In this document: piece after piece, positions 54,966 to 63,893 of the stretch
Numbering within the stretch: position 1 is the stretch's first letter
Layout of the letters: every line of letters begins with the position of its first letter
From: an uncultured bacterium
GTDB lineage: Bacteria; Fermentibacterota; Fermentibacteria; Fermentibacterales; JCC-6
Direction of reading: 5' to 3'
DNA length: 64,000 bases
Assembly (NCBI GenBank): GCA_964541235.1
Contig: CAZIPI010000013.1
Coordinates: 2,036-66,035, forward strand
Position numbers and translations under genes: made by a program
Notes under the pieces: model-generated
Told to the model about the DNA's origin: nothing
The model's database searches: none
What the model saw: only the letters and a program-made list of their open reading frames with translations

Positions 54966-56375
54966 TCAGATGCGCATCACGAAGAAGGATGTATTGCCGT
55001 CTCTCCAGACAAGCAGAAGCGCGTTTCCCGTGGAGCGAGACAGAAGGTGTTCGACATCACCGGGAGTTCTTACGCGGGTACGGTTTACTTCAAGTATCAC
55101 ATCACCCTGCCTGATCCCTGACCTTCGTGCGTTGCCGTCCTGGGCCACGTCTGCCACCAGAACGCCTTCTGAATCTGGTACTCCCAGTTGCGCCGCCCGG
55201 TTCCCGTCCAGTTCCTGAAGCCTCCAGCCGTGGTTTCCCGACGGGGTTGCGGGCGTACTGCTCTCCGCCGGTGCCATGGCGGTCTGGGAACCCAGCGTAA
55301 CCCTTACGGTCCTCTCCCTCCCGCTGCGGATGACTGTGAAGGCCACCCTGGTTCCCGGCTCGGTGGATGCAACCCGGTTCCTGAACGAGGGAACAGACGC
55401 AACCTGTTCGCCGTCCATGGATGTGATGATGTCTCCCCTCTCGAGGCCGGACCTGGAGGCCGGCGTCTCAGGAAGAACGTCGGCGAGAACGACCCCGGTG
55501 ACCCCCGCCTGGACCCCGAACTGCACCCGGAGGTCTTCGGTGAGTTCCTGCAGGGTCACCCCGAGCCAGCCCCGCCTGACCTCCCCGAACCTTATCAGGT
55601 CGTTCATCACGTCCTGGACCATCTCGACGGGGATCGCGAAACCTATTCCCTGGTTCCCGCCGGTGCGGCTGGCGATGGCCGTGTTGATCCCGATCAGCTC
55701 GCCCCTCAGGTTCACAAGAGCTCCGCCGCTGTTGCCGGGGTTTATGGCGGCATCGGTCTGTATGTACGACTCGTAGTCCGCCAGCCCGACGCCTTCCCGC
55801 CCCAGGAAGCTGATTATGCCCTGGGTGACGGTCTGGCTCAGCGCGAAAGGGGAGCCGATGGCCAGAACCCATTCCCCGACCCTGGCTGAGCGGCTCTGGC
55901 CCATTCTGATCGCGGGGAGTCCCGTTGCTTCGATCCGGACCACGGCCAGGTCGGTCCTGCTGTCCGAGGCGATGAGCTTGGCAGGGAACGTGCCTCCGGT
56001 GGAGAGGACCACTTCAAGTTCGTCCGCCTCGCCGGCAACATGGTGGTTGGTGACAATGTAGCCGTCCTCGGTCACTATGACCCCGCTCCCCAGCCCCCTT
56101 CTGGTGAACTCGCGCTGCTGGGGCGGCCCGAATCCGTAGAAGCCCCATGGGTTCATGCCGAAGCCGGGTGACACCGCGGTGACCGTGGTGCGCGAGTTTA
56201 TCGTGACCACGCTGGGGCCCACAGCTTCAGCGATGTCGGCGAAATGCTCGCTTATGGCGAGAGGGTCGCTGACGAAGACCGTGTCGGTCCTGGCCGTTGA
56301 GCCTGCATCCGGGAACTCGATGGATGGCAGGAACAGCAGAGCCAAGGCCGCTATGCCTTGAAGAACCGTTGACAA
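54966..56375 (-). CDS. htrA: Periplasmic serine endoprotease HtrA/DegP (trypsin domain plus two PDZ)
   Basis: VTNHHV, GNSGGALVNLRGELIGINTAI and two PDZ regions (GDIITSMDG, GDVILEVN). TTG 56375 lies 5 nt after GGAG; the track ORF start at 56612 is too far upstream. Confidence 0.9.
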   Translation of the reverse strand: MSTVLQGIAALALLFLPSIEFPDAGSTARTDTVFVSDPLAISEHFADIAEAVGPSVVTINSRTTVTAVSPGFGMNPWGFYGFGPPQQREFTRRGLGSGVIVTEDGYIVTNHHVAGEADELEVVLSTGGTFPAKLIASDSRTDLAVVRIEATGLPAIRMGQSRSARVGEWVLAIGSPFALSQTVTQGIISFLGREGVGLADYESYIQTDAAINPGNSGGALVNLRGELIGINTAIASRTGGNQGIGFAIPVEMVQDVMNDLIRFGEVRRGWLGVTLQELTEDLRVQFGVQAGVTGVVLADVLPETPASRSGLERGDIITSMDGEQVASVPSFRNRVASTEPGTRVAFTVIRSGRERTVRVTLGSQTAMAPAESSTPATPSGNHGWRLQELDGNRAAQLGVPDSEGVLVADVAQDGNARRSGIRQGDVILEVNRTRVRTPGDVEHLLSRSTGNALLLVWRDGNTSFFVMRI

Positions 56376-56509
56376 TTCCTCTCCTTTCCTGTCTGATCGC
56401 TTGCCCAGTGTTCTACCCCGTCCCCCGAAAACGGGTTCCCGCAACCCGGCCCGAGTTGACGCCTGCCGCCGAAACGTATATTCGGAAAGCACTTGTGAAA
56501 GGAGCAGCG

Positions 56510-57154
56510 ATGTACGCACCCGTACTCCTTCTGGCGGCCGTGGCAGGCCTTTCGGGCGTGCTGGGCCTTCCCGCTCCCGACACCTCGGGGGGGGCCAGCC
56601 TTGCGTCTGCACTTGCGGAGAGACGCTCGATGCGTTCCTTCAGCGAAACCGACAGCCTGACCCTTGCCCAGCTTTCACAATTGCTCTGGGCCGCCCAGGG
56701 AAAGACAGGAACCCGGGGCAGGAGGACAGCGCCGTCGGCCGGGGCAACCTACCCCCTTGGTCTGCTCTGCGTCGTCCAGAGGGTATCCGGAGCTGAACCG
56801 GGCCTCTACGAGTACCAGCCCGTGGAGAACACCCTGATGCCCATGCCATCACCGCCGGACCTGTTGCCGGGACTGGCGGCGGCGTGCCTGGGCCAGTCCT
56901 GGATGGGAAGAGCGGCGGCGATACTGATAATCGTAGCCGACTACTCCAGGACCACGGACCACTACGGCGACAGGGGGATACGCTACGTTGACATGGAGGC
57001 GGGGCACGCGGGGCAGAACATCTATCTGCAGGCAACCGCCCTTGGCCTGGGAACCTGTGCCGTGGGCGCGTTCAGGGACCTGAGCGTGGCAGCCCTGCTG
57101 GGCCTGGTCGATGTAACACCCCTCTACATCTTCCCAGTGGGGGTTCCCGAGTAG
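56510..57154 (+). CDS. SagB-type dehydrogenase/nitroreductase-fold protein with N-terminal hydrophobic segment
   Basis: ATG 56510 after AAAGGAG. RRSMRSF, PSAGATYPL, GLYEYQP, YVDMEAGHAGQNIYL and GLGTCAVGAF. The N-terminus MYAPVLLLAAVAGLSGVLG is signal/anchor-like. Confidence 0.7.
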   Translation: MYAPVLLLAAVAGLSGVLGLPAPDTSGGASLASALAERRSMRSFSETDSLTLAQLSQLLWAAQGKTGTRGRRTAPSAGATYPLGLLCVVQRVSGAEPGLYEYQPVENTLMPMPSPPDLLPGLAAACLGQSWMGRAAAILIIVADYSRTTDHYGDRGIRYVDMEAGHAGQNIYLQATALGLGTCAVGAFRDLSVAALLGLVDVTPLYIFPVGVPE

Positions 57155-57155
57155 C

Positions 57156-57881
57156 CTAGAAGGAGTACTCCATTCCAAGCACGGCGTAGTGCAGCCACGC
57201 GAAGCTGTAAACCGACTCGACGTCCGCGCCGCCCTCGATGGTGCGGTAACCCGCGCTCAGGCTCAGCCTGTCGCTCACATCACGGCTGAGCTTAAGCGAG
57301 ACGTCGAAGGCCCTGCCCGGCCCTCCCGCCAGACCGTTGAAGTCAAGTACCGCCCGCATGCCGGGGCAGAACAGGTATTCCCCCCGAAGGTACAGCAGGG
57401 GCACGAACCCAAGGTCGGTCTTCTCCGCGTAGAGGCTTCCCTGTTCCAGGCTGATCTTCGCGTCGCGGACCTTGGCGGTGAACCCCACCCGCCACGTCCA
57501 GTCCTCCCCCTCGTGGAAGAGGTACCCGTAGCCCAGGCGCCAGGAGTTGAACTTGTACACCGCCTCCGCGGCTCCCGGGGAGAACTCGGCCCCCTCGAAG
57601 AAGGTTTCCTCCTGAAGCTCCACTGTCTCCACGATCTGCAGGGGGGCCAGGGTGAGCTGAAGCCGGTGGCGGGGGCGAAGGTCCCAGTTCAGGAACAGCC
57701 TTCCCGCGGGAAGGGGGCCCGTTCCGGCCAGGTCAACAAGATCCACCTCGGTGGCCTCGGTGTCGTTTGGAATACGGAAAACGTTCCTTGTCTGCCAGAC
57801 GAGGCCACCCTCGAGTTCAACGGAGAACTCGCCCGAAGCGGGCGCGCAGAGCAGCAGGCCCAGCACCAGGAGGGTTTTCAT
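57156..57881 (-). CDS. Small predicted outer-membrane beta-barrel protein
   Basis: Signal peptide MKTLLVLGLLLCAPASG, alternating strands, and C-terminal aromatic ...GMEYSF. ATGA overlap with the upstream propeller gene. Confidence 0.55.
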   Translation of the reverse strand: MKTLLVLGLLLCAPASGEFSVELEGGLVWQTRNVFRIPNDTEATEVDLVDLAGTGPLPAGRLFLNWDLRPRHRLQLTLAPLQIVETVELQEETFFEGAEFSPGAAEAVYKFNSWRLGYGYLFHEGEDWTWRVGFTAKVRDAKISLEQGSLYAEKTDLGFVPLLYLRGEYLFCPGMRAVLDFNGLAGGPGRAFDVSLKLSRDVSDRLSLSAGYRTIEGGADVESVYSFAWLHYAVLGMEYSF

Positions 57882-58978
57882 ATGATCTCTCCCTTCAGTT
57901 CAAGAAGAAAAAGCCGGGGATGTTCTTCCGGGTCCGGTTCCCAGGCCAGGATCCCATGGGGGGTGACCTTCACCTGCAGGCCCGTTCCAGTCGTAGAGCT
58001 GTCCGCAAGGGCGGCCCGGAACAGGAACGCGCCCTCTTCGTACACGTCGAAGACCGGATAGGTCTCCCGGCCGTCGCGGACCCAGAGGCGGTTCCGGTGG
58101 TCCAGCCCCAGTCCGCTGGAAGAGATCAGGGAGCTTCGGGCGGCGGGTTCCCACCGCAGTTCCGGAGGGGCTCCCTCCCGGAGTAGCTGCCTCTCCATCT
58201 GCTCCCTTTCCCGTTCGATGTCCTCCGCAGCCCGTGCCCTGGCTTCCCGGTTCTCCTCCAGACTCCACAGGAGGTCCCCGTCCGGGGAGAAGGCTTCCAC
58301 CCGGTAGGCGGTCTCGGAAACCGGGGCGATGTACACTCTGCCGTCATAGCCGGAGGCAAAGGCCACCAGGGTCTCCGTTGTGCATTCCCTTAGCCTCTCC
58401 ACGATGAAGGGTACATGCTTCTCGTAGTAGATCAGTGAGGGTTCGGCGCTCTCCTCCCAGAGCGCCACACGGTGCCCGTAAAGGGAGTTTTCCCGATCGA
58501 AGGTGCGGTGGCTGCCGATGAAGTTCCCGCCCCTTCCCGGCGTCACGCTGACCGGGGGAAAGGGCACGAATCCCGAGATCTCCCTCTCCAGATGAAGGTC
58601 CTGTGAGAACACGGTCACCCTGGAGAGCAGCGGATCGGTGACCAGGATGCCTCCATCCTCCAGGACAGCCATGGAGGTCGGGAACCGGAACTCCCCGGGG
58701 CCCTCCCCCGGGCCGCCGATCCTGTCCAGGAAAACTCCATCCCGGCCGTAAACCGAGATGTGGTGGGTCAGCATGTCCAGCACCAGTATCCGACCGTCGG
58801 CGGTGAGGACCGCGTCCTGGATGTCTCCGAACACGTACCGGTCGTCTCCGGCATCAATGCCGATGGAAACGGCCACCTCGAGCCAGGGTGCATTGGATCC
58901 CTCCAACGGTTCCGCGGGAGGGTGCGGCGTACAGCCCGCAACAAGCAGAGCCATAGCCGGTGCAAGTGTCCTTCTCAT
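57878..58978 (-). CDS. Lipoprotein, 6-bladed beta-propeller family, paralogue 2
   Basis: Lipobox LVAGC. GGPGEGPGEFRFPTSMAV. Colinear with paralogues 1 and 3. ATG 58978 is preceded by AAGGAGAAAGG. Confidence 0.65.
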   Translation of the reverse strand: MRRTLAPAMALLVAGCTPHPPAEPLEGSNAPWLEVAVSIGIDAGDDRYVFGDIQDAVLTADGRILVLDMLTHHISVYGRDGVFLDRIGGPGEGPGEFRFPTSMAVLEDGGILVTDPLLSRVTVFSQDLHLEREISGFVPFPPVSVTPGRGGNFIGSHRTFDRENSLYGHRVALWEESAEPSLIYYEKHVPFIVERLRECTTETLVAFASGYDGRVYIAPVSETAYRVEAFSPDGDLLWSLEENREARARAAEDIEREREQMERQLLREGAPPELRWEPAARSSLISSSGLGLDHRNRLWVRDGRETYPVFDVYEEGAFLFRAALADSSTTGTGLQVKVTPHGILAWEPDPEEHPRLFLLELKGEII

Positions 58979-59084
58979 TTGCCCGTCCTTTCTCCTTCTT
59001 TGCATACTATAACAGACGCTGTGTTTCGGGTATTTTCTTTACCCGGCCTTCATGCTTCGCCGGGGCTGCTCGAGGAGGTGTCCC

Positions 59085-60191
59085 ATGCGCACGCTTCGTC
59101 TTCTTGTCCTTCCGTTTCTCTGCCTGCTGGGGTGCGGGGGTACCGGAGCGCCCGCGGAACCGGAGATCCCCCTCTGCAACCTCTCCCTGGTGGACTCTGT
59201 GGGTGTGGAACTGGGCGACTCGGCCTACGTGTTCGGGGGCATCATCGGGCTCGAGTTCATGCCCGGCGGAGGGTTCGCGGTGCTGGACCGGGCGGTGTGC
59301 AATGTTAGGCTTTACACGGAAGACGGCGATCACACCCTCACCATAGGCCGCAGGGGAAGCGGGCCCGGTGAGATAATCCAGCCCTTCGGTCTTCTGGTGT
59401 GGTCCAACGGCGACCTGGGAGTGATAGATCCCTTCCAGGGGGGGCTTCTCAGGTTCGGCCCGGACGGGGAGTATCTCGGGCTCGTCTTCCAGGCCACGCA
59501 CAACATACCGTTCGACCCCCGAATGGTCGGGGATACGGCTTACATCGCCCGGAGGACCACCATCGAGGCAGAGGGCGACCAGGTTTTCATGGAGTCTTTC
59601 CTGGGGCGCTTTCCCATGACATGGGAACCCTCCCACAAGTACCTTTCAACCAGGGTGCCGCTGGACCCCTCGTCCATGGCCGATTTCCTGCTGAGGGATT
59701 TCTTCTACAGCTCATGGGCTCTGGACCGGATCAACGGAAGGCTTTACGCGGCGCCTTTCCAGGACGGAGCCTACCGGATACTGGTGTTCCCGGTGAGCGG
59801 GGGAGAGCCTGATGTCATCACCATGGAAACGGTGCCCGTGGCCAAGACCGAGGAGGAGATAAGGCTCGAAAAGGCGTTCATAGCATCTTACCTCACCGCC
59901 GCTGAAGGCGGCAATCCCATGTACGACGTGAACTGCAACCCCTGGCCCTACAGGATCCCAATCGCGGGCATGGAGGTTGATGACGGCGGAAACCTCTGGG
60001 TTCTCAGGGGCGACACTGACCAGGTGTTCTTCAACGTCTGGAGCACTGCCGGAGAACGTCTCTACGACGCGGTTCTGCCCGACTTTCCCACGGGCGACCT
60101 GAGGTTCAGGATCAGGGGGGACAGGATGCTCCTTTACAGCGAGAACCCCGCGGACTACCAGAAGATCTACATTGTGGCGATACCGTGGTAA
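59085..60191 (+). CDS. Lipoprotein, 6-bladed beta-propeller family, paralogue 3
   Basis: ATG 59085 lies 6 nt after GAGGAGG. Lipobox LLGC. GRRGSGPGEIIQPFGLLV. Divergent from paralogue 2. Confidence 0.65.
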   Translation: MRTLRLLVLPFLCLLGCGGTGAPAEPEIPLCNLSLVDSVGVELGDSAYVFGGIIGLEFMPGGGFAVLDRAVCNVRLYTEDGDHTLTIGRRGSGPGEIIQPFGLLVWSNGDLGVIDPFQGGLLRFGPDGEYLGLVFQATHNIPFDPRMVGDTAYIARRTTIEAEGDQVFMESFLGRFPMTWEPSHKYLSTRVPLDPSSMADFLLRDFFYSSWALDRINGRLYAAPFQDGAYRILVFPVSGGEPDVITMETVPVAKTEEEIRLEKAFIASYLTAAEGGNPMYDVNCNPWPYRIPIAGMEVDDGGNLWVLRGDTDQVFFNVWSTAGERLYDAVLPDFPTGDLRFRIRGDRMLLYSENPADYQKIYIVAIPW

Positions 60192-60216
60192 CGATAACGG
60201 CTTTCAGGAGGCGAAA

Positions 60217-60822
60217 ATGAGAGTGAGCATCTTCCTTGCCGCGGCCCTGGCCGCGGTGGCGTACACCGGCACAGTGACCTTCGGATGGGAGGGCGGCGAG
60301 ACTGTCCTCGGCCTTTACGGGACCGGCACCCCCCCAATCGTGGCCACCCTGGTGACCACCCCCGTGCACGGCGGGACCCAGGCGCTGAGCCTGGAGGACA
60401 ACAGCCCCACAGGAACCCCGCAGGCGTACGTGGCCTGGATCGTGGGCCTCTCGGACGGCGACGAGGTCACAGCCAGCTTCTGGCGCTACGACGTAACCCC
60501 GGGGTCCACCCCTCCGTCCAGCCGCATCTGGGGCCACTGGAACGACGACCCGGACGACCTGTACGGCTACAACGGCAGCGCCGGGGGCAACAACGACTAC
60601 GGCCCTGGCACGGGCTGGGACATGGTAGAGCACACCTGGATCGTGGCCGACGGCCATACCGGGCTTGTGGTGGAGATAAGGACCTACTCCGAACCCGGCG
60701 ACACGGTGTTCATAGACGACCTTACAGTGACCGCTCCCACTGGGGCCACCATCTGGACGCCCGAGAACTACCTCTCCCTTCAGGGCACCACCTGGGCGGG
60801 TATAAAAAGCCTCGACTGGTAG
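60217..60822 (+). CDS. Secreted hypothetical protein (jelly-roll/lectin-like guess)
   Basis: ATG 60217 after CAGGAGG. Signal MRVSIFLAAALAAVAYTG. All-beta-looking sequence ending FIDDLTVTAP...; no recognised motif. Confidence 0.5.
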   Translation: MRVSIFLAAALAAVAYTGTVTFGWEGGETVLGLYGTGTPPIVATLVTTPVHGGTQALSLEDNSPTGTPQAYVAWIVGLSDGDEVTASFWRYDVTPGSTPPSSRIWGHWNDDPDDLYGYNGSAGGNNDYGPGTGWDMVEHTWIVADGHTGLVVEIRTYSEPGDTVFIDDLTVTAPTGATIWTPENYLSLQGTTWAGIKSLDW

Positions 60823-60824
60823 GG

Positions 60825-63089
60825 TCAGAACTCGTACTCCAGCCCCGCCACGGGCATCATCCCCCATTGAAGGATGGTGTCTTCGGCGCGCGCCACGCTG
60901 TTCCAGTAAACAGCCGCGATGTTCCTCCTGTCAATGACGTTCCATACCGAGGCGTAGCACACCAGGGCTGTCCGGGAGAAGTTGAACCGCCTGTCCACCC
61001 TGATGTTCAGGGAGTGGTAGGCAGGCAGTCTCTCGGCGTTTATCCGCGTGCCGTCCAGGATCGTCCGGTTGTACAGGGCGCTGGCCTCCGGGTCCAGGGG
61101 AGTGTACGGCCTTCCTCCGGCATAGTCCCACCTCGCCGAGACTTCCCAGCGCCGGTCGAACCGGTAGCCGCCCTCGAGCCCCACCACCAGCCTGTTGTCG
61201 AAGATCCTGCTTCTCCAGGGCTGGCCGGGGCACCTGTACTGCGCCGACGAGTACGACCCTGAGACCATGCCGTACAACCCCATGGCGAGCCTTTTCTGAA
61301 GCGTAGCCTCCACACCCGTCGAACGGGCAACCGCACCTGACTCCAGCGAGACGAAGCTGTAGAGGTCCTGCTCGCTCCCCAGACCGTCCAGTATGAAGAA
61401 GCCAAGCTGCTGGGGATCGTACGGAAAATCCCTGTAGTCCTTCCGGTACAATTCCACCACCAGGCGCGTGTCTTCACTGAGAAGCCTTCTGAAACCCAGG
61501 ACCATGTGGGTCGCGGAAGGCTCCTCCAGTTCACGGAACCCGGCGTCCCTGGCCAGGAGTTCGGCCGGAAGCCCCTGGCGGTACAGCCCAGCCGAAGCGG
61601 TTACAGCGCTTCCCTCGCCGACCTGGCAAAGGACGGCCAGCCTGGGGGAGAATGCCGCTCTGCCGTGGTTCAGATCGCCGCGGACTCCCAGGGTGGTCTC
61701 CAGCCCCCGGAGGGGGGTCATGGTGGCCTGAACGAACGCGCCGCCCCTGAAGCTCCTCGTGGAGCGAAGGACCGAGAGGGGGGGCAGGGGCTCTCCGCTC
61801 CAGTTGGTGTCGGCCCCGAAGAAGTTGGCGAACCTGTTGAAGCCGTACTCCGCATCAATCCCGAAGCCCAGGCCCAGCCCGGACCGGACCTGCCAGGTGT
61901 TCACGTTCCGCAGCCTGAGGGCGCTCTCCCTTGAGTCCTGAACGGCTTCCACTTCGTTGTTCCAGGTTTTTCTGTAGTCGCCGCCGTAGTCCAGTCCGGT
62001 GAACGAGAGGGATGTCCGGGAAAAACCTTCCCCGGGCCAGAGCCAGCGCCAGTCCACCCCGGTCACCAGGCTCCCGGTCTCCGTAACCCCGTAGTTCGGG
62101 TTCCCGTCCTCCATGGCCTGTTCGCGGGCGTAGTCAACGTAGTCCATGGCTCCCATGCCCAGAACCGTCACACGATGCCCGGGTGAGAGGTCCAGCTCGA
62201 CCTTGGCCAGGAAGTCCGAGTAAGTCGGCACCGCGTCGATATCCGCAATATCCGCCAGAAGGCTCACCCAGGAGTGGCGGGCGGTAAGGAGCCAGGAACC
62301 CGCCCCGCCGCTCAAGGGGCCCTCAAGCACCGTTCCGGCGCCCGCCATTCCAAAGTCCAGCTGACCGTCGAACTCCCTGCGGTTGCCGGACCTGAGCTTG
62401 AGTTCCGTAACCGAGGAGAGCCTGTTGCCGTACGAGGCCGGGAATCCGCCGGCCGAGAAGAGAACGTCCGACAGAACGTCCACGTTCACCATGGAAAGCC
62501 CTCCGCCGGATGTTCCCTGCCTCGGGAAGTGGTTGATGTTGCCAACTTCCATGTTGTCTATGTAGAAACCGTTCTCGAAGGGGTTTCCTCCCCTGACAGC
62601 AAGGCCGTTGTACTGGTTGTCCACCTTGGAGACCGAGGGAAGGCCGGCTATCACCCGGACCACATCCCCAGCCGAGCCCGGCGCTCTGCGGACCTCCTCT
62701 CCGGAGAATCCCTGGGAACCCGCCGGACCCGTCTCGTCAGGGGAGAAGTACGACGGGCGTACAGTAATGGTGGCACCCCCCACCGGTGCGGTCTCCATGA
62801 CCAGGTCCAGTGTTGTAATCCTTCCGGAGCGAACGATCACATCGGCCCTCATCAGCGGGTGATGCCCCACCGACGAGGCCCTGACCGTGTAGCTCCCCAC
62901 GGGGACCGACTGGATCGAGAACCTTCCCGCCCCGTCGGTCAGCCCTCCCAGCACGGTGCCTTCCAGAACAACGTAGGCGCCCACCACCGGCTCCAGGGTG
63001 CCCGACGACACCACTGAGCCTGCGATGCTTCCCGTGGGAGAGCTTCCGGCAATCACCCAGCAGAGCAGGGGAACAGATACAAGGTTCAT
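60825..63089 (-). CDS. TonB-dependent receptor with N-terminal CarboxypepD_reg-like domain
   Basis: GSIAGSVVSS..GAYVVLEG..TDGAGRFSIQSVPVGSYTV, a plug region (VRVIAGLPSV...GLAVRGG) and a long barrel ending AGLEYEF. Confidence 0.85.
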   Translation of the reverse strand: MNLVSVPLLCWVIAGSSPTGSIAGSVVSSGTLEPVVGAYVVLEGTVLGGLTDGAGRFSIQSVPVGSYTVRASSVGHHPLMRADVIVRSGRITTLDLVMETAPVGGATITVRPSYFSPDETGPAGSQGFSGEEVRRAPGSAGDVVRVIAGLPSVSKVDNQYNGLAVRGGNPFENGFYIDNMEVGNINHFPRQGTSGGGLSMVNVDVLSDVLFSAGGFPASYGNRLSSVTELKLRSGNRREFDGQLDFGMAGAGTVLEGPLSGGAGSWLLTARHSWVSLLADIADIDAVPTYSDFLAKVELDLSPGHRVTVLGMGAMDYVDYAREQAMEDGNPNYGVTETGSLVTGVDWRWLWPGEGFSRTSLSFTGLDYGGDYRKTWNNEVEAVQDSRESALRLRNVNTWQVRSGLGLGFGIDAEYGFNRFANFFGADTNWSGEPLPPLSVLRSTRSFRGGAFVQATMTPLRGLETTLGVRGDLNHGRAAFSPRLAVLCQVGEGSAVTASAGLYRQGLPAELLARDAGFRELEEPSATHMVLGFRRLLSEDTRLVVELYRKDYRDFPYDPQQLGFFILDGLGSEQDLYSFVSLESGAVARSTGVEATLQKRLAMGLYGMVSGSYSSAQYRCPGQPWRSRIFDNRLVVGLEGGYRFDRRWEVSARWDYAGGRPYTPLDPEASALYNRTILDGTRINAERLPAYHSLNIRVDRRFNFSRTALVCYASVWNVIDRRNIAAVYWNSVARAEDTILQWGMMPVAGLEYEF

Positions 63090-63115
63090 GGCGGCTCCAT
63101 TCGTGAGGGTAATTG

Positions 63116-63147
63116 TCAAACATTTGTTTCAATCATATGTTTGAATC
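63116..63147. promoter_or_regulatory. Candidate TetR operator (overlapping AT-rich dyads)
   Basis: TCAAACAT (63116-63123) / ATGTTTGA (63137-63144) inverted repeat, plus an imperfect TTCAAtCATATGtTTGAA dyad. Lies between the divergent TonB-receptor and tetR genes. Confidence 0.4.
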
Positions 63148-63227
63148 AGGGAAACGGCAAGCCCCCGGTTGCGGCTTGCGGAGGAGCCGGGAAATTCGTA
63201 CTCTATGCGGATGAGCACGGAGGCATT

Positions 63228-63893
63228 TTGAACCACCCGAACGACACCAAGAAGCGCATCGTCCTGGCAGCTATCGGAATACTGGAGAGTGACGGGGCCG
63301 CCGGCATCACCGTGCGAAGGATAGCCGGGAAGGCCGGGGTCAACACCGCCGCGGTGAACTACCACTTCGGTTCGAAGGCCAACCTGATGGACTTCGTTCT
63401 TAAGAGCACCATGGGCCACGCCTTCGACGACTGGGTCCACGTGGCGCGCACCGACGGCCTCGGCCCCGGGGCAATGCTCTACTGCCTTCTCAGCCTTGTC
63501 ATGGAGGGGGTCTCCCGCTTCCCCGGGCTTGTGGAGACGCACCTCTTCGACCCCGCGGTGCGCCGGGAGGCCAGGCTTTCGTTCAGCCGGGAGTTCGACG
63601 GGTTCATTGACCTGCTCACCGACACCCTCGATGAACGTATCCAGGTACGGGAGGGTACCCTCAGGCTCTGCCTGGCGCAGCTGCTCACCGCTGCCATCGC
63701 CGGAGCGCTCTTCCCCGAACTCCTTACCGCTGCCTTCAAAGGGGATCGGGAACCCGACAGGGACGCCTATATCAGGAACCTCATTCAAAGGTTCACAGGC
63801 ATCCTGCCCTCCCCCTCCCCGGACGAGGCGGCCTTGATCACGGAACTCCGCTCCATGGCCTTCGGCGGCTCGGGCATCAGGGGCATCCCATGA
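63228..63893 (+). CDS. TetR/AcrR-family transcriptional regulator
   Basis: HTH region KKRIVLAAIGILESDGAAGITVRRIAGKAGVNTAAVNYHFGSK. TTG 63228 lies 4 nt after GGAGG; the track ORF start at 63141 is probably too early. Confidence 0.85.
   Translation: MNHPNDTKKRIVLAAIGILESDGAAGITVRRIAGKAGVNTAAVNYHFGSKANLMDFVLKSTMGHAFDDWVHVARTDGLGPGAMLYCLLSLVMEGVSRFPGLVETHLFDPAVRREARLSFSREFDGFIDLLTDTLDERIQVREGTLRLCLAQLLTAAIAGALFPELLTAAFKGDREPDRDAYIRNLIQRFTGILPSPSPDEAALITELRSMAFGGSGIRGIP

Noticed and set aside
56410-56425. GGGGACGGGGTAGAAC upstream of htrA resembles the first half of the conserved element, with a GGAAC box just upstream (an ECF-sigma-like idea).
   Set aside because: Only the GC-rich 8-mer GGGGACGG is identical and an indel is needed for the rest. 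Such an 8-mer is expected several times by chance in a GC-rich 64-kb window.
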